Shown piece after piece: positions 8,897 through 18,834 of a stretch of DNA of 64,000 bases; within the stretch, counting starts at the first letter, position 1, and every line of letters starts with the position of its first letter. Source of the stretch: an uncultured Actinomycetota bacterium (GTDB taxonomy: Bacteria; Actinomycetota; Actinomycetes; JAHEKZ01). Position numbers and translations under genes: made by a program. Location of the stretch: NCBI GenBank assembly GCA_963718235.1, contig CAVQYR010000002.1:224001-288000 (forward strand), given 5' to 3'. The notes beneath the pieces were generated by a model, which ran no database searches, was not told where the DNA came from, and saw only the letters and a list, made by a program, of their open reading frames with translations.

Positions 8897-9982
8897 GTGC
8901 CGCTCAAGTCGCTCGCGCAGGCCGCCCTGGTGGGGGTCCTGGCTGTGACGACCCTGGCCTTCGCGCACAGCGACAAGCGAGTGACCGTGAGCGTCGACGG
9001 TCACGCCCAGTCGGTCTCCACGCATGCGGCCACGGTCGGCGACCTCCTCTCCGAGCAGGGCTGGACCCTCGCCGTTCGTGATGTCGTGGTGCCCTCGGTG
9101 TCGTCGGTCCTGGTCGACGGTGCCCACGTCGACGTCCGGCACGCACGACTGGTCTCAGCCACCGTCGACGGACGCATCGTGCAGGTGTGGACGACCGCGC
9201 TCACCGTCGACGACGCCCTGCTCGACCTCGGGGTCCGGGCGCAGGACGCCACCGTCTCGGCGTCGCGCTCCAGTCGGATCCCACTGGCGGGACTGGACCT
9301 GACCGTCGAGCTTCCGGACACGATCACCATCAAGCACGACCAGCGACGCACCATGATCATGACGACGGCTCCCACTGTCGGTGCCGCGCTGCGCGATGCC
9401 GGGGTCGCGGTCAGCGGACGTGACCTGCTCGACTCCGAGCTCGACGCGCCCCTGGTCGACGGCACGGTGATCACGGTGACCCGGGTGGGTCTGCGGCAGC
9501 TTCGGGTGGGCTTCGCCATCTCCCACCAGGTCGTGCGCCGAGAGGACCCGTCGCTCTACACCGGCGTACAGAAGACCGTGCAGCGGGGTCGCGACGGCCG
9601 TGGGCTGGCGGTGTACCGCCTCGTGGTGCACGACGGCGTGGTCGTCCGCCGACAGCTCATCGACCGCTCCGTCGTCCGCCGACCGGTCACGGCCGTGGTC
9701 CGGGTCGGGACCAAGCCGCGTCCGGCCCCCCAGGTGCCCTCCGCATCCGGCCTCAACTGGGCTGCGCTGGCCGCGTGTGAGTCCGGGGGCAACCCCCGAG
9801 CCGTCAACCCGGCCGGCTACTACGGGCTGTACCAGTTCTCACTCGGCACCTGGGCATCGGTCGGTGGCTCGGGCAACCCCATCGACGCCTCGGCCGACGA
9901 GCAGACCTACCGGGCTCAGCTGCTGTACCAGCGCTCCGGCGCGGGCCCCTGGCCGGTCTGCGGCTCCCAGCTGTTCAGCTGA
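8897..9982 (+). CDS. rpfB: Resuscitation-promoting factor RpfB
   Basis: Signal peptide, three DUF348-like repeats, G5 domain (VRVGTK) and catalytic [20 protein letters not shown]. Confidence 0.93.
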   Translation: MPLKSLAQAALVGVLAVTTLAFAHSDKRVTVSVDGHAQSVSTHAATVGDLLSEQGWTLAVRDVVVPSVSSVLVDGAHVDVRHARLVSATVDGRIVQVWTTALTVDDALLDLGVRAQDATVSASRSSRIPLAGLDLTVELPDTITIKHDQRRTMIMTTAPTVGAALRDAGVAVSGRDLLDSELDAPLVDGTVITVTRVGLRQLRVGFAISHQVVRREDPSLYTGVQKTVQRGRDGRGLAVYRLVVHDGVVVRRQLIDRSVVRRPVTAVVRVGTKPRPAPQVPSASGLNWAALAACESGGNPRAVNPAGYYGLYQFSLGTWASVGGSGNPIDASADEQTYRAQLLYQRSGAGPWPVCGSQLFS

Positions 9983-10002
9983 CCGCGTCCTACGCTCACG
10001 GG

Positions 10003-10857
10003 GTGAGTGCCGACGTCCGCCTGCTGACCGCGCGTGACGTCCGCGAGCTGGCGCAGCGACTGGGGGTGCGACCCACCAAGCGGTGGGGACAGAACTTCGT
10101 CATCGACCCGAACACGGTTCGCAGGATCGCCCGGGCGTCGCGTCCGCTCCCGGAAGACGTGGTGGTGGAGGTGGGACCGGGTCTGGGCTCGCTGACCCTG
10201 GCCCTCCTGCCGCACGTGGCCCACCTGTGTGCCGTCGAGCTCGACCCGGTGCTCGCCGGCGCGCTGCCCGCAACGGTGGCTGACCATGCTCCGGCGCTGG
10301 TGGACCGGTTGACGGTGCTGCAGCACGACGCACTGACGCTGGAGCGCCTTCCGGTCACCCCGACCCTGCTCGTGGCGAACCTGCCCTACAACGTCGCGGT
10401 CCCTGTGCTGCTCCACCTCCTGGCCACGTTCGGTTCGCTGCGGTCGGGGCTCGTGATGGTGCAGGCCGAGGTCGCCGACCGGCTGGCCGCTCGACCGGGG
10501 AGCAAGGCCTACGGGATCCCGAGCGTCAAGGCGGCGTGGTACGCCGACGTCGTGCGGGCGGGAGCGGTCGGGCGCTCGGTGTTCTGGCCCGCGCCCAACG
10601 TCGACTCGGGGCTCGTGGCCTTCACCGCCCACCCGCCCCCGCAGACGTCGGCCACGAGGGAGGAGGTCTTCGCCGTCGTCGACGCGGCCTTCGCCCAGAG
10701 ACGCAAGACCCTTCGGGCCGCCCTCGCCGGCTGGGCCGGATCGCCCGCCGCGGCCGAGCAGGCGCTCAAGGCGGCGGGCATCGACCCCGGCGAGCGCGGG
10801 GAGCGGCTGGGGCTGCCCGCGTTCGTCGCCGTCGCAGAGCATCGGCCCGCCCCGTAG
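10003..10857 (+). CDS. rsmA: 16S rRNA dimethyladenosine transferase KsgA
   Basis: [26 protein letters not shown] and [10 protein letters not shown] motifs. Confidence 0.96.
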   Translation: MSADVRLLTARDVRELAQRLGVRPTKRWGQNFVIDPNTVRRIARASRPLPEDVVVEVGPGLGSLTLALLPHVAHLCAVELDPVLAGALPATVADHAPALVDRLTVLQHDALTLERLPVTPTLLVANLPYNVAVPVLLHLLATFGSLRSGLVMVQAEVADRLAARPGSKAYGIPSVKAAWYADVVRAGAVGRSVFWPAPNVDSGLVAFTAHPPPQTSATREEVFAVVDAAFAQRRKTLRAALAGWAGSPAAAEQALKAAGIDPGERGERLGLPAFVAVAEHRPAP

Positions 10858-10909
10858 CATCGGGGTCACGAGACATCGGTTCACGTGTCTTGGGTCCGAG
10901 TCGAGCGGA

Positions 10910-11821
10910 GTGTCCGGGTTGAGCACCGTCACCGTGCGCGCTCCTGCCAAGGTCAACCTCCAGCTCTCGGTCGGCGGAGTCCGCAGCGACGGCTTCCACG
11001 ACCTCGCCACCGTGTTCCAGGCCGTCTCGCTCTTCGACGACGTCACCGCCCTGCCCGGTGACCACCTGACCGTCAGCGTCGAGGGCGAGGGTGCTGACGA
11101 CGTGCCGCTCGACGAGTCGAACCTGGCGCTTCGTGCTGCGCGGGCCCTGGCCGACCATGCGCAGGTCGAGCCGCACGCCCACCTGCACGTCCACAAGGGG
11201 ATTCCCGTGGCGGGCGGGATGGCCGGAGGCAGCGCCGACGCCGCGGCGGCCCTGGTCGCCCTCGACCACCTGTGGGAGCTCGGTCTGGACCGCCAGCAGC
11301 TCGGCGAGGTCGCGGCCACGATCGGCAGCGACGTCCCGTTCGCGCTCATGGGTCACACCGCGATCGGGCTCGGCCGCGGCGAGCGGCTCTCGCCAGCGCT
11401 GGCCCGGGGGCGCTTCGAGTGGGTCTTCGCGTTCGCCTCCTCGGGCTTGTCGACCCCAGCGGTCTACTCCGAGCTCGACCGGTTGCGCGAAGGCGGGATC
11501 CAGGTCGAGCCCAAGGTCTCCGAGTCGCTCATGGCCGCCCTCCTGGCCGGCGACGCCCCCGCCCTCGGCAAGGCCATGAGCAACGACCTGCAACGCGCAG
11601 CGGTGTCTCTGCGCCCGCAGCTGGCGATGACCCTCGAGGTCGGCGACGAGTACGGAGCCCTCGCCTCGCTGGTCTCCGGCTCCGGGCCGACGGTGGCGTT
11701 CCTGGCCGCCGACGAGGAGCACGCCCTCGACCTGGCTGTCGCCCTCACGTCGGCCGGTGTCTGCCGCACCGTGCGGCGGGCGACCGGTCCGGTCACGGGG
11801 GCCAGGGTCGTCGAGCCGTGA
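10910..11821 (+). CDS. ispE: 4-diphosphocytidyl-2-C-methyl-D-erythritol kinase
   Basis: APAKVNL, IPVAGGMAGGSADAAA, GSDVPF and VSGSGPT motifs. Confidence 0.96.
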   Translation: MSGLSTVTVRAPAKVNLQLSVGGVRSDGFHDLATVFQAVSLFDDVTALPGDHLTVSVEGEGADDVPLDESNLALRAARALADHAQVEPHAHLHVHKGIPVAGGMAGGSADAAAALVALDHLWELGLDRQQLGEVAATIGSDVPFALMGHTAIGLGRGERLSPALARGRFEWVFAFASSGLSTPAVYSELDRLREGGIQVEPKVSESLMAALLAGDAPALGKAMSNDLQRAAVSLRPQLAMTLEVGDEYGALASLVSGSGPTVAFLAADEEHALDLAVALTSAGVCRTVRRATGPVTGARVVEP

Positions 11822-11831
11822 GCATCACCAG

Positions 11832-12530
11832 ATGAGGGTCGAGCTGGAGTGGGGCACGCAGGGGCTTCGGATGCTCTCCGAGCGCTGTGACGCCGTCGTC
11901 ATCATCGACGTCCTGTCGTTCTCGACATCGGTCACGGTGGCGGTCGCCCGCGGCGCATCGGTCTGGCCGCACGCGGGGGCCGAGCGGGCCGAGGAGCTCG
12001 CTCGGGCTATCGGCGCGACCCTGGCCCGGGGACGCAACACCCGCGAGGGTCGGACGCTGTCTCCGGCGAGCATGTTGGGAGTGGAACAGGGAGAGCGGCT
12101 GGTGATGCCGTCGCCCAACGGGTCGGCGCTCTCGCACGCGGCGCTGATGTCGGGCCTCACCGTGGTCGCGGGCTCGCTGCGTAACGCGCGCGCGGTGGCC
12201 GCCTGGCTGACCTCCCACAACGAGCACGTCGGCCTCGTCCCTGCCGGGGAGCAGTGGCCCGACCACTCGCTGCGCGTCGCCTACGAGGATCTCGTCGGTG
12301 CGGGAGCCATCGCCTCCAGGCTGCAGACGCTGGACGCGAACGTGCAGCTGTCCCCGGAGGCGACGGCGGCGTTGGCCGCGTTCGACGTCCGCAGACCCTT
12401 CGACGAGACGCCGTCGGGGATCGAGCTCGTCGAGCGCGGGTTCGCCGATGACGTCGCGCTGGCCGAGGAGGTCGACGTCGACCAGGTCGTGCCCCTGCTC
12501 CTCGACGGACGGTACGTGGCGGCGCAGTGA
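11832..12530 (+). CDS. 2-phosphosulfolactate phosphatase (ComB) family protein
   Basis: VIIDVLSFST, PSPNGS, GSLRNA, AGEQW and EDLVGAG motifs. Start uncertain. Confidence 0.82.
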   Translation: MRVELEWGTQGLRMLSERCDAVVIIDVLSFSTSVTVAVARGASVWPHAGAERAEELARAIGATLARGRNTREGRTLSPASMLGVEQGERLVMPSPNGSALSHAALMSGLTVVAGSLRNARAVAAWLTSHNEHVGLVPAGEQWPDHSLRVAYEDLVGAGAIASRLQTLDANVQLSPEATAALAAFDVRRPFDETPSGIELVERGFADDVALAEEVDVDQVVPLLLDGRYVAAQ

Positions 12531-12548
12531 GCGCCTGACGGAGGGAGC

Positions 12549-13719
12549 ATGGTGGAGCTATCGCGGTCGCAGGCTCTGGCCCTGCGCCTGTCGAGCCTGC
12601 TGCTCGCCGGTGAGCCGTGCACTGTCACAGGTCGACGCCCCGTCGACGTGGGAGGAGTGGTCACCTGGTTCGGGGCCATGCAGGGACAGGACCTGAACAG
12701 TGTGCTGTGGTCACTGGGGGTGCGTCTGCCCTCGTTCACCCTCACCGACGTCCTGGCCGCCCTCGAACGACGGGAGGCGGTTCGGACCTGGCCCGTCCGC
12801 GGCACGATCCACCTCGTGCCGGCTCGCGACGCGCGCTGGATGGTCGAGCACGTGGGGACTCGGTCGCTGGCCGGCGCCGCGAGACGTCGGGCCTCCCTGG
12901 GCCTCACCGACCAGGACGCGAGCCGTGCGGTCGACGTCTTGGCCGACGCACTGTCCGGAGGGGGTCGCCTGACCCGCTCCCAGTGCGTGAGGGCGCTGCA
13001 GGACGCGGGTGTCCCGGTCGAGGGGCAGCGGGCCTACCACTTGCTCTGGTACGCCAGCCAGCTGGGTGTCACCTGCATCGCACCGAACCAGGGTGGCGAG
13101 CAGACGTTCGTGCTGCTCGACGAGTGGGTACCGGACCCGCACCGCCTGGACCGGGAGGAGGCCTTGTCGACGTTGGCCCAGCGCTACTTCACCAGCCACG
13201 GACCCACGACCCGCCAGGACTTCGCCGGCTGGGCGGGCCTCACTGTGGCGGACGCCAAGCGTGGGATCGCGTCCGCGGGTGACGCTCTTGCGACGGTGAC
13301 CGTCTCAGGTCAGGACATGGTCCTCGAGTCGGCGTCTCTGCAGGAACTGCAGACTGCCCAGCGAGCCGGTCAACCGGCCCGATGACGAGGTCCTGGCTCT
13401 GCCCGGGTTCGACGAGTACCTGCTCGGGTTCAAGGACCGCTCGCTCATGCTGGACCCGGAGCATGCACCGGCGATCTGCCCCGGAGGCAACGGGGTGTTC
13501 CGCGCCACGATCGTGCGGTCCGGGCGGGTGGTCGCCACCTGGGGGCGAGCCGTGGCCAGAGGGCGTACGACGGTGACCGTGCGTCCACTGGTCGCATTGA
13601 GCCGGTCGGACCTGGCCCGGACCGAGGCTGCCCTGGCTCGTTTCGGCGCCTTCACCGGCAGCCCCCTCGAGGACGTGGTGATCGACCGCGGCGACGTCGC
13701 GACGCCCGGGTCGGGCTGA
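12549..13719 (+). CDS. AlkZ/HTH_42 family winged-helix DNA glycosylase, frameshifted near 13380
   Basis: MQGQD (QxQ) motif, RGTIHLV and RYFTSHGP. Continues in another frame as VLALPGFDEYLLGFKDRS..PGGNGVFRATIV. Confidence 0.8.
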
Positions 13720-13737
13720 CCCCGACCTGCGGGCGGG

Positions 13738-14235
13738 TCAGGCCCGGTCGAAGGGAGTCACCACGCGGCGCAGCAGGGTCGCGAGCTCGGCCTGCTCGGC
13801 GGCGTCCAGGCCGGCCAGGATCGCCCGTTCGTGCTCGAGCAGGTCGGCCAGTGCCGCGTCGACCCTGCGGCGGCCGGCCTCGGTGAGCTGGACGAGCACC
13901 CCGCGCCGGTCGACGGCGTCGGGGCGTCGAACCACGAGCCCCGAGGATTCGAGCCGGTCGATCCGGTTGGTCATGGTGCCCGAGGTGACCAGGGTCTGCT
14001 GCAGCAGCCGTCCGGGGGACAGCTCGTAGGGAGCCCCCGAACGGCGGAGGGCGGCGAGCACGTCGAACTCCCAGCCCTCGAGGTCGTGCTGGGCGAAGGC
14101 CTGGCCGCGGGCCCGGTCCAGGTGTCGGGCCAACCGAGTCACCCGGCTCAGCACCTCGAGGGGTGCGACGTCGAGGTCGGGCCGCTCGCGGCGCCAGGCC
14201 GCGACCAGCTGGTCGACCTCGTCGTGGGGGCTCAA
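13738..14235 (-). CDS. MarR family regulator (TamR/UrtR-like)
   Basis: DEVDQLVAAWRRERPDLD, EFDVLAALRRSG and VTSGTMTNRIDRLE. TTG start overlaps the upstream TGA. Confidence 0.88.
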   Translation of the reverse strand: MSPHDEVDQLVAAWRRERPDLDVAPLEVLSRVTRLARHLDRARGQAFAQHDLEGWEFDVLAALRRSGAPYELSPGRLLQQTLVTSGTMTNRIDRLESSGLVVRRPDAVDRRGVLVQLTEAGRRRVDAALADLLEHERAILAGLDAAEQAELATLLRRVVTPFDRA

Positions 14236-14582
14236 CGTCGGGCCAGCTCGTCGCAGCGGATCTGGTCGGCGGGCGACAGGTCGCGGCGCGAACAGTCCAG
14301 GGTGGGCTCGGTCCGCTGGGGCACCACGGTCGCGACCGCCGTCCACACGGCGCTGATCGCCAGCACCGACAGGGCCACGCCCATCGCCACCTGGGCGAGC
14401 CCGAGGCTGCGACCGCTGCCCCGCGCCGCACGCCAGGCGAGGCCACTTGCCACGACGGCGACGAGGGCGGCCACGAGGCCGACGCCCGGGAACACCGCGA
14501 GGAGCAGGGCGAGCACCGACAGGGCGAGGGCGACCGCGGCCAGCGGGGCCGGACGGGTCGTCGTGGCCGAAGAGGTGGACAT
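14232..14582 (-). CDS. Small membrane protein (DUF4190-like)
   Basis: Three hydrophobic segments; TAGCGT -10 just upstream. Confidence 0.6.
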   Translation of the reverse strand: MSTSSATTTRPAPLAAVALALSVLALLLAVFPGVGLVAALVAVVASGLAWRAARGSGRSLGLAQVAMGVALSVLAISAVWTAVATVVPQRTEPTLDCSRRDLSPADQIRCDELARR

Positions 14583-14651
14583 CGGCCCCGACGCTAGCGG
14601 CCCGGGTCGGCGCCTGTCGCCCGGGTGCGGACACTCGGCCCGGACGTAGTC

Positions 14652-15305
14652 CTAGTTGTTCGTGCCAAACTGGTTCTCGAGCACGTCCTGGGTGCACTGG
14701 TCGAGCCGTTCCTGGCTCCAGTTGTTCTGTTCGGCCTCGTTGATGCAGTCGGCGACGGACGTGAACGTGTCGGCGTTGTTGGCCAGGAAGATCGTCAGGA
14801 CGACCGTGACGAACAGGGCGATCACCAAAGAGATCGCCGAGACGACGACGGCGCTGATCGACACCCCCTTGCCCCGGCCGGCCTTCTTGTCACCACTGAG
14901 TGCGACGAACCCGAGGATCAGGCCGAGGATAGGCAGGAGCAGGCCCAAGAACGGGATCCAGCACCCGAGCAGACCGAGGATCGCGATGATCAGGGCGGCG
15001 ATGGCCAGGCCGCTGGTGCCGGTGCCGGCACCAGCGGCTGCGGGGGCGTAGCCGGCTGGTGCACCGTACGGAGGGGCCGCTGCAACCGGCGGCGGGGGCG
15101 GAGGAGCCCCGTAATCGCCGGTGGGGGCGCCGTAGGGCGTCGGTGCCGGCGATGCGGGGGGCGGCGGTGCGGGGGCTGCCGGCGGCGGTGGGGCGGGCGC
15201 TGCGGGCGGCGGAGCCGCCGGTGGTGCGGGCGGCGGCGCGTAGGGGTCGGGCGCCCCACCGGCACCGGGCTGCTGCGGGTCTACGGGAGGCAGTTGGTCG
15301 CTCAT
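14652..15305 (-). CDS. Pro-rich DUF4190-family membrane protein
   Basis: Pro/Ala-rich N-terminus, GLAIAALIIAILG..GLILGFVAL..GKGVSI and a C-terminal Cys pair. Confidence 0.75.
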   Translation of the reverse strand: MSDQLPPVDPQQPGAGGAPDPYAPPPAPPAAPPPAAPAPPPPAAPAPPPPASPAPTPYGAPTGDYGAPPPPPPVAAAPPYGAPAGYAPAAAGAGTGTSGLAIAALIIAILGLLGCWIPFLGLLLPILGLILGFVALSGDKKAGRGKGVSISAVVVSAISLVIALFVTVVLTIFLANNADTFTSVADCINEAEQNNWSQERLDQCTQDVLENQFGTNN

Positions 15306-15354
15306 AGCACCCACGCTAGTGCTCGGCGCCCCTTCGTGGGGAGTGCGTCGGTGG

Positions 15355-15984
15355 TCAGCGCGTCGTCAGCGTGGGCTTGCGGTCGAGGTCCTTGAGCCCG
15401 TTCCAGGCGAGGTTCACCAGGTGCGCGGCGACGTCGTCCTTCTTGGGCTTGCGGACGTCGAGCCACCACTGACCGGTGAGGGCGACCATGCCCACCAGCA
15501 TCTGGGAGTACATGGGGGCGGACTTCGTGTCGTACCCGCGTGCCTTGAACTCCGCGGCGAGCAGGTGCTCGACCTGGCTGGCGATGTCACCGATCAGGCT
15601 GGCGAAGGTACCGGTGGCAGTGGCGACCGGTGAGTCACGAACCAGGATCCGAAACCCGTCGGTGTCCTGCTCGATGTAGTCGAGCAGTGCCAGCGCCGCC
15701 TGCTCGAGCAGCTCGCGGGCATGCCCGGCGGTCAGTGCCGACGCGACCTTGTCGAGCAGGATGCGCATCTCGCGGTCGACGATCACCGCGTAGAGGCCCT
15801 CCTTGCCGCCGAAGTGCTCGTAGACGACCGGCTTGCTCACCCCCGCGTTGGCCGCGATCTCCTCCACCGAGGTGGCCTCGAACCCCTTGTCGGCGAAGGC
15901 GGACCGACCGACCTCGATGAGCTGTTCGCGGCGCGCGGCACTGCTCATCCGCGCACGGCGGCTGTTCTCGGGTCGGTCGGTCAT
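15355..15984 (-). CDS. TetR/AcrR family transcriptional regulator
   Basis: RREQLIEVGR..SVEEIAANAGVSKPVVYEHFGGKEGLY HTH. Confidence 0.92.
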   Translation of the reverse strand: MTDRPENSRRARMSSAARREQLIEVGRSAFADKGFEATSVEEIAANAGVSKPVVYEHFGGKEGLYAVIVDREMRILLDKVASALTAGHARELLEQAALALLDYIEQDTDGFRILVRDSPVATATGTFASLIGDIASQVEHLLAAEFKARGYDTKSAPMYSQMLVGMVALTGQWWLDVRKPKKDDVAAHLVNLAWNGLKDLDRKPTLTTR

Positions 15985-16019
15985 GGGGACCAGTGTGTCC
16001 TCATGCCCCGAGACCCGGG

Positions 16020-17000
16020 TCAGGGGGCGGCGGGCGACGGCTCGGTCGTGGCGCGCCTGGTCCTCAGCCGCTCGGACTTCGGCCAGCGGACGTCGGTGGC
16101 CCAGCCGAGCTGCTCGAACCAACGGATGATCCGGGCACTGATGTCGACCTGCCCCTTGTCGACGCCATGCCGTGCGCACGTGGGGTCGGCGTGGTGCAGG
16201 TTGTGCCAGCTCTCACCGAGTGAGGGGATGGCGAGCCACCAGACGTTGCCCGACCGGTCCCGCGACCGGTACGGATGGTTGCCCATCACATGGCACACCG
16301 AGTTGATCGACCAGGTGACGTGGTGCACGAGGGCGATCCGGACGAGCCCGGCCCAGAAGAACGCGGTCAGCGCCCCCCACCACGACCAGGTGAGCAGCCC
16401 GCCGAGCACGGCCGGGATGAGCAGCGTTCCGACGACCAGGCCCGGGAAGGCGCGGGAGATCCTGCGCAGCCCGGGATCGGCGAGCAGGTCGGGCACGTAC
16501 TTGTCGCGAGGCGTCTGCTCGATGTCGAACAGCCAGCCAAGGTGCGCGTAGAACAGGCCGCGCAGGACGTCACGTCGCCGCTCCCCGAACCGCCACGGCG
16601 AGTGCGGGTCGCCGACCTTGTCGCTGAACGCGTGATGACGGCGGTGGTCGGCCACCCAGCGGTCCAGCGGTCCCTCGACGGCGTAGCTGCCGAGCACGGC
16701 CAGGGTCAGCCGCAGCGGACGGTTCGCCTTGAACGAACCGTGGGTGAAGTGCCGGTGGAAGCCGACCGTGATGCCGACCGCCGTCAGGGTGTACGTGACC
16801 ACGAGCAGCCCGAGGTCGACCCAGCCCAGGAAGCCGCCCCACGCGAGCGGGATGGCGGCCAGGACGGCGAGGAAGGGCACGACGATGAAGACACCGAGCC
16901 AGAACAGGGTCGCGGGTGTCTGCCGCTCGGTGACGTCGACCGCGTCGGGGTCCAGAGGTGGCGCCTGGAGCCGCTGGAGCTGCTCGGTGCTTGGGGTCAA
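16020..17000 (-). CDS. Acyl-CoA (delta-9-type) desaturase
   Basis: His boxes HRHFTH, HRRHH and HNLHH. GGAGGA SD before TTG 17000. Confidence 0.92.
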   Translation of the reverse strand: MTPSTEQLQRLQAPPLDPDAVDVTERQTPATLFWLGVFIVVPFLAVLAAIPLAWGGFLGWVDLGLLVVTYTLTAVGITVGFHRHFTHGSFKANRPLRLTLAVLGSYAVEGPLDRWVADHRRHHAFSDKVGDPHSPWRFGERRRDVLRGLFYAHLGWLFDIEQTPRDKYVPDLLADPGLRRISRAFPGLVVGTLLIPAVLGGLLTWSWWGALTAFFWAGLVRIALVHHVTWSINSVCHVMGNHPYRSRDRSGNVWWLAIPSLGESWHNLHHADPTCARHGVDKGQVDISARIIRWFEQLGWATDVRWPKSERLRTRRATTEPSPAAP

Positions 17001-17026
17001 CGGGTCCTCCGGGGTCGGGCGGGGCT

Positions 17027-17060
17027 GGTTACGGCAGCGTAACCTACGCAACCGTAAGTT
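17027..17060. promoter_or_regulatory. Two overlapping TACG-N4-CGTA palindromes (operator candidate)
   Basis: GGTTACGGCAGCGTAACC (17027-17044) and AACCTACGCAACCGTAAGTT (17041-17060), upstream of the desaturase. Confidence 0.65.
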
Positions 17061-17111
17061 GGTACCGCCCCGATCCGCGCCGGCCGCGCAACTACGCTGG
17101 GGGCGCTGTGG

Positions 17112-17182
17112 TCCCGGGTCGTCTAAGGGCAGGACAGCGGGTTTTGGTCCCGCTAATGGGGGTTCGAATCCTCCCCCGGGAG
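17112..17182 (+). tRNA. tRNA-Gln (TTG)
   Basis: Acceptor TCCCGGG/CCCGGGA, anticodon arm GCGGG-TTTTGGT-CCCGC, GGTTCGAATCC T-loop; located before glmU. Confidence 0.95.
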
Positions 17183-17298
17183 CCCGTCGGGCGCGGCCTC
17201 GGAGACGAGGCGACGGTCGCCCCGCCACGGCCGCGGCGGGCGCCGGTATCCTCAGCCGTGGTCATCCGGCCGTCCCCGGCGCCGAGGAGTGCGAAGCG

Positions 17299-18834
17299 TT
17301 GAGCGTGAGCCGCCCGGCTGTCGTCGTCCTCGCGGCCGGCGAAGGCACGCGCATGCGGTCGCGGACCCCCAAGGTGCTGCACTCCCTGCTGGGTCGCCCG
17401 CTGCTGGGGCATGTGCTGCACGCCGTCGCGCCACTCGCACCGGAGTCGACGACGGTCGTGGTCGGCCACGGACGTGACCTCGTGACCTCGTGGCTGGCGG
17501 CCTCACACGAGCACGTGGACGCTGTCGTGCAGGATCCGCAGCACGGCACCGGGCACGCGGTCCGGATCGCCCTGGAGCAACGCCCCTCGCCGTCCGGCAC
17601 CATCGTGGTCCTCCTCGGGGACACCCCACTGCTGACCACTTCCTCCCTCCACGACCTCCTGCTCACCCACCAGGGGCGACAAGCGGCGGCCACGGTGCTC
17701 ACGGCGTCGGTGCCCGACCCGAGCGGCTACGGGCGGATCCTCCGTGACGCGGACGGTCAGGTCGTCGCCATCGTCGAGCAGCGCGACGCCGACGAGGCGA
17801 CGCTGCGGATCAGCGAGATCAACTCCGGGCTCTTCGTCTTCGACCGGGACGCGCTGCTCGAGGCACTGGGTCGGATCGACCGGGACAACAGCCAGGGCGA
17901 GGAGTACCTCACCGACGCCGTGTCCGTGATCCGCGCCACGGGTCGTTCCGTGGTGGCGCACCAGGTCGACGACGCCCGCGAGGTACTCGGGGTCAACGAC
18001 CGCGCCCAGCTGGCCGTGGCCCGCGCCCTGCTGCGCGATCGGGTCAACCACCGGTGGATGCTCGAGGGCGTGGGGATCGTCGACCCGTCTTCGACCTGGA
18101 TCGACGTCGACGTGACCCTCGCCGCCGACTCGGTCATCCACCCGCAGACGGCGCTTCGTGGTGCCACGACCGTGGCCCGTGAGGCACAGGTCGGTCCCGG
18201 CTGCGTGCTGACCGACACCGACGTCGCCGAAGGGGCGGTCGTGTCGTTCACGACGGCCGACGGGGCTCGGATCGGGCCGGGGGCCAGGGTCGGCCCTTAC
18301 ACCTACCTGCGCCCCGGCACCGTGCTCGGCCCGCAGACCAGGGCCGGCGCTTTCGTGGAGATGAAGAACGCCGTCCTCGACACCGCGGCCAAGGTGCCTC
18401 ATCTGTCCTACGTGGGCGACGCCGAGATCGGAGAGGGCGCGAACATCGGGGCGGCGACGATCTTCGTGAACTACGACGGGGTGGCCAAGCACCGCACGGT
18501 CGTGGGTCGCCAGGCCCGGGTCGGCAGCGACAGCATGCTCGTCGCACCGGTCACCATCGGGGACGGTGCGTACACGGCCGCCGGGTCGGTCATCACCGAC
18601 GACGTACCGGCCGGAGCCATGGCCGTGGCGCGCGGCAAGCAGCGCACCATCACCGGCTGGGTCGCTCGACGCCGGGCCGGCTCGGCGTCGGCCGTCGCAG
18701 CAGCCGAGGCGGATGCCGAGAGAGACACAGAAGCAGAAGCAGCGACGATGCCGTCGGTTCCCTCAGGTTCACACCCATCCCATGCAGGTGAACGAGACGA
18801 CATCGTCTCGACGGAAGGCGGGCCCGCAGCATGA
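17299..18834 (+). CDS. glmU: Bifunctional UDP-GlcNAc pyrophosphorylase/glucosamine-1-P acetyltransferase
   Basis: LAAGEGTRMRS, GTGHAV, EEYLTD, HLSYVGDA and NYDG motifs. Confidence 0.96.
   Translation: MSVSRPAVVVLAAGEGTRMRSRTPKVLHSLLGRPLLGHVLHAVAPLAPESTTVVVGHGRDLVTSWLAASHEHVDAVVQDPQHGTGHAVRIALEQRPSPSGTIVVLLGDTPLLTTSSLHDLLLTHQGRQAAATVLTASVPDPSGYGRILRDADGQVVAIVEQRDADEATLRISEINSGLFVFDRDALLEALGRIDRDNSQGEEYLTDAVSVIRATGRSVVAHQVDDAREVLGVNDRAQLAVARALLRDRVNHRWMLEGVGIVDPSSTWIDVDVTLAADSVIHPQTALRGATTVAREAQVGPGCVLTDTDVAEGAVVSFTTADGARIGPGARVGPYTYLRPGTVLGPQTRAGAFVEMKNAVLDTAAKVPHLSYVGDAEIGEGANIGAATIFVNYDGVAKHRTVVGRQARVGSDSMLVAPVTIGDGAYTAAGSVITDDVPAGAMAVARGKQRTITGWVARRRAGSASAVAAAEADAERDTEAEAATMPSVPSGSHPSHAGERDDIVSTEGGPAA

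Noticed and set aside
15050-15270. GC-rich low-complexity repeats
   Set aside because: Explained by the Pro/Ala-rich N-terminus of the DUF4190 protein.
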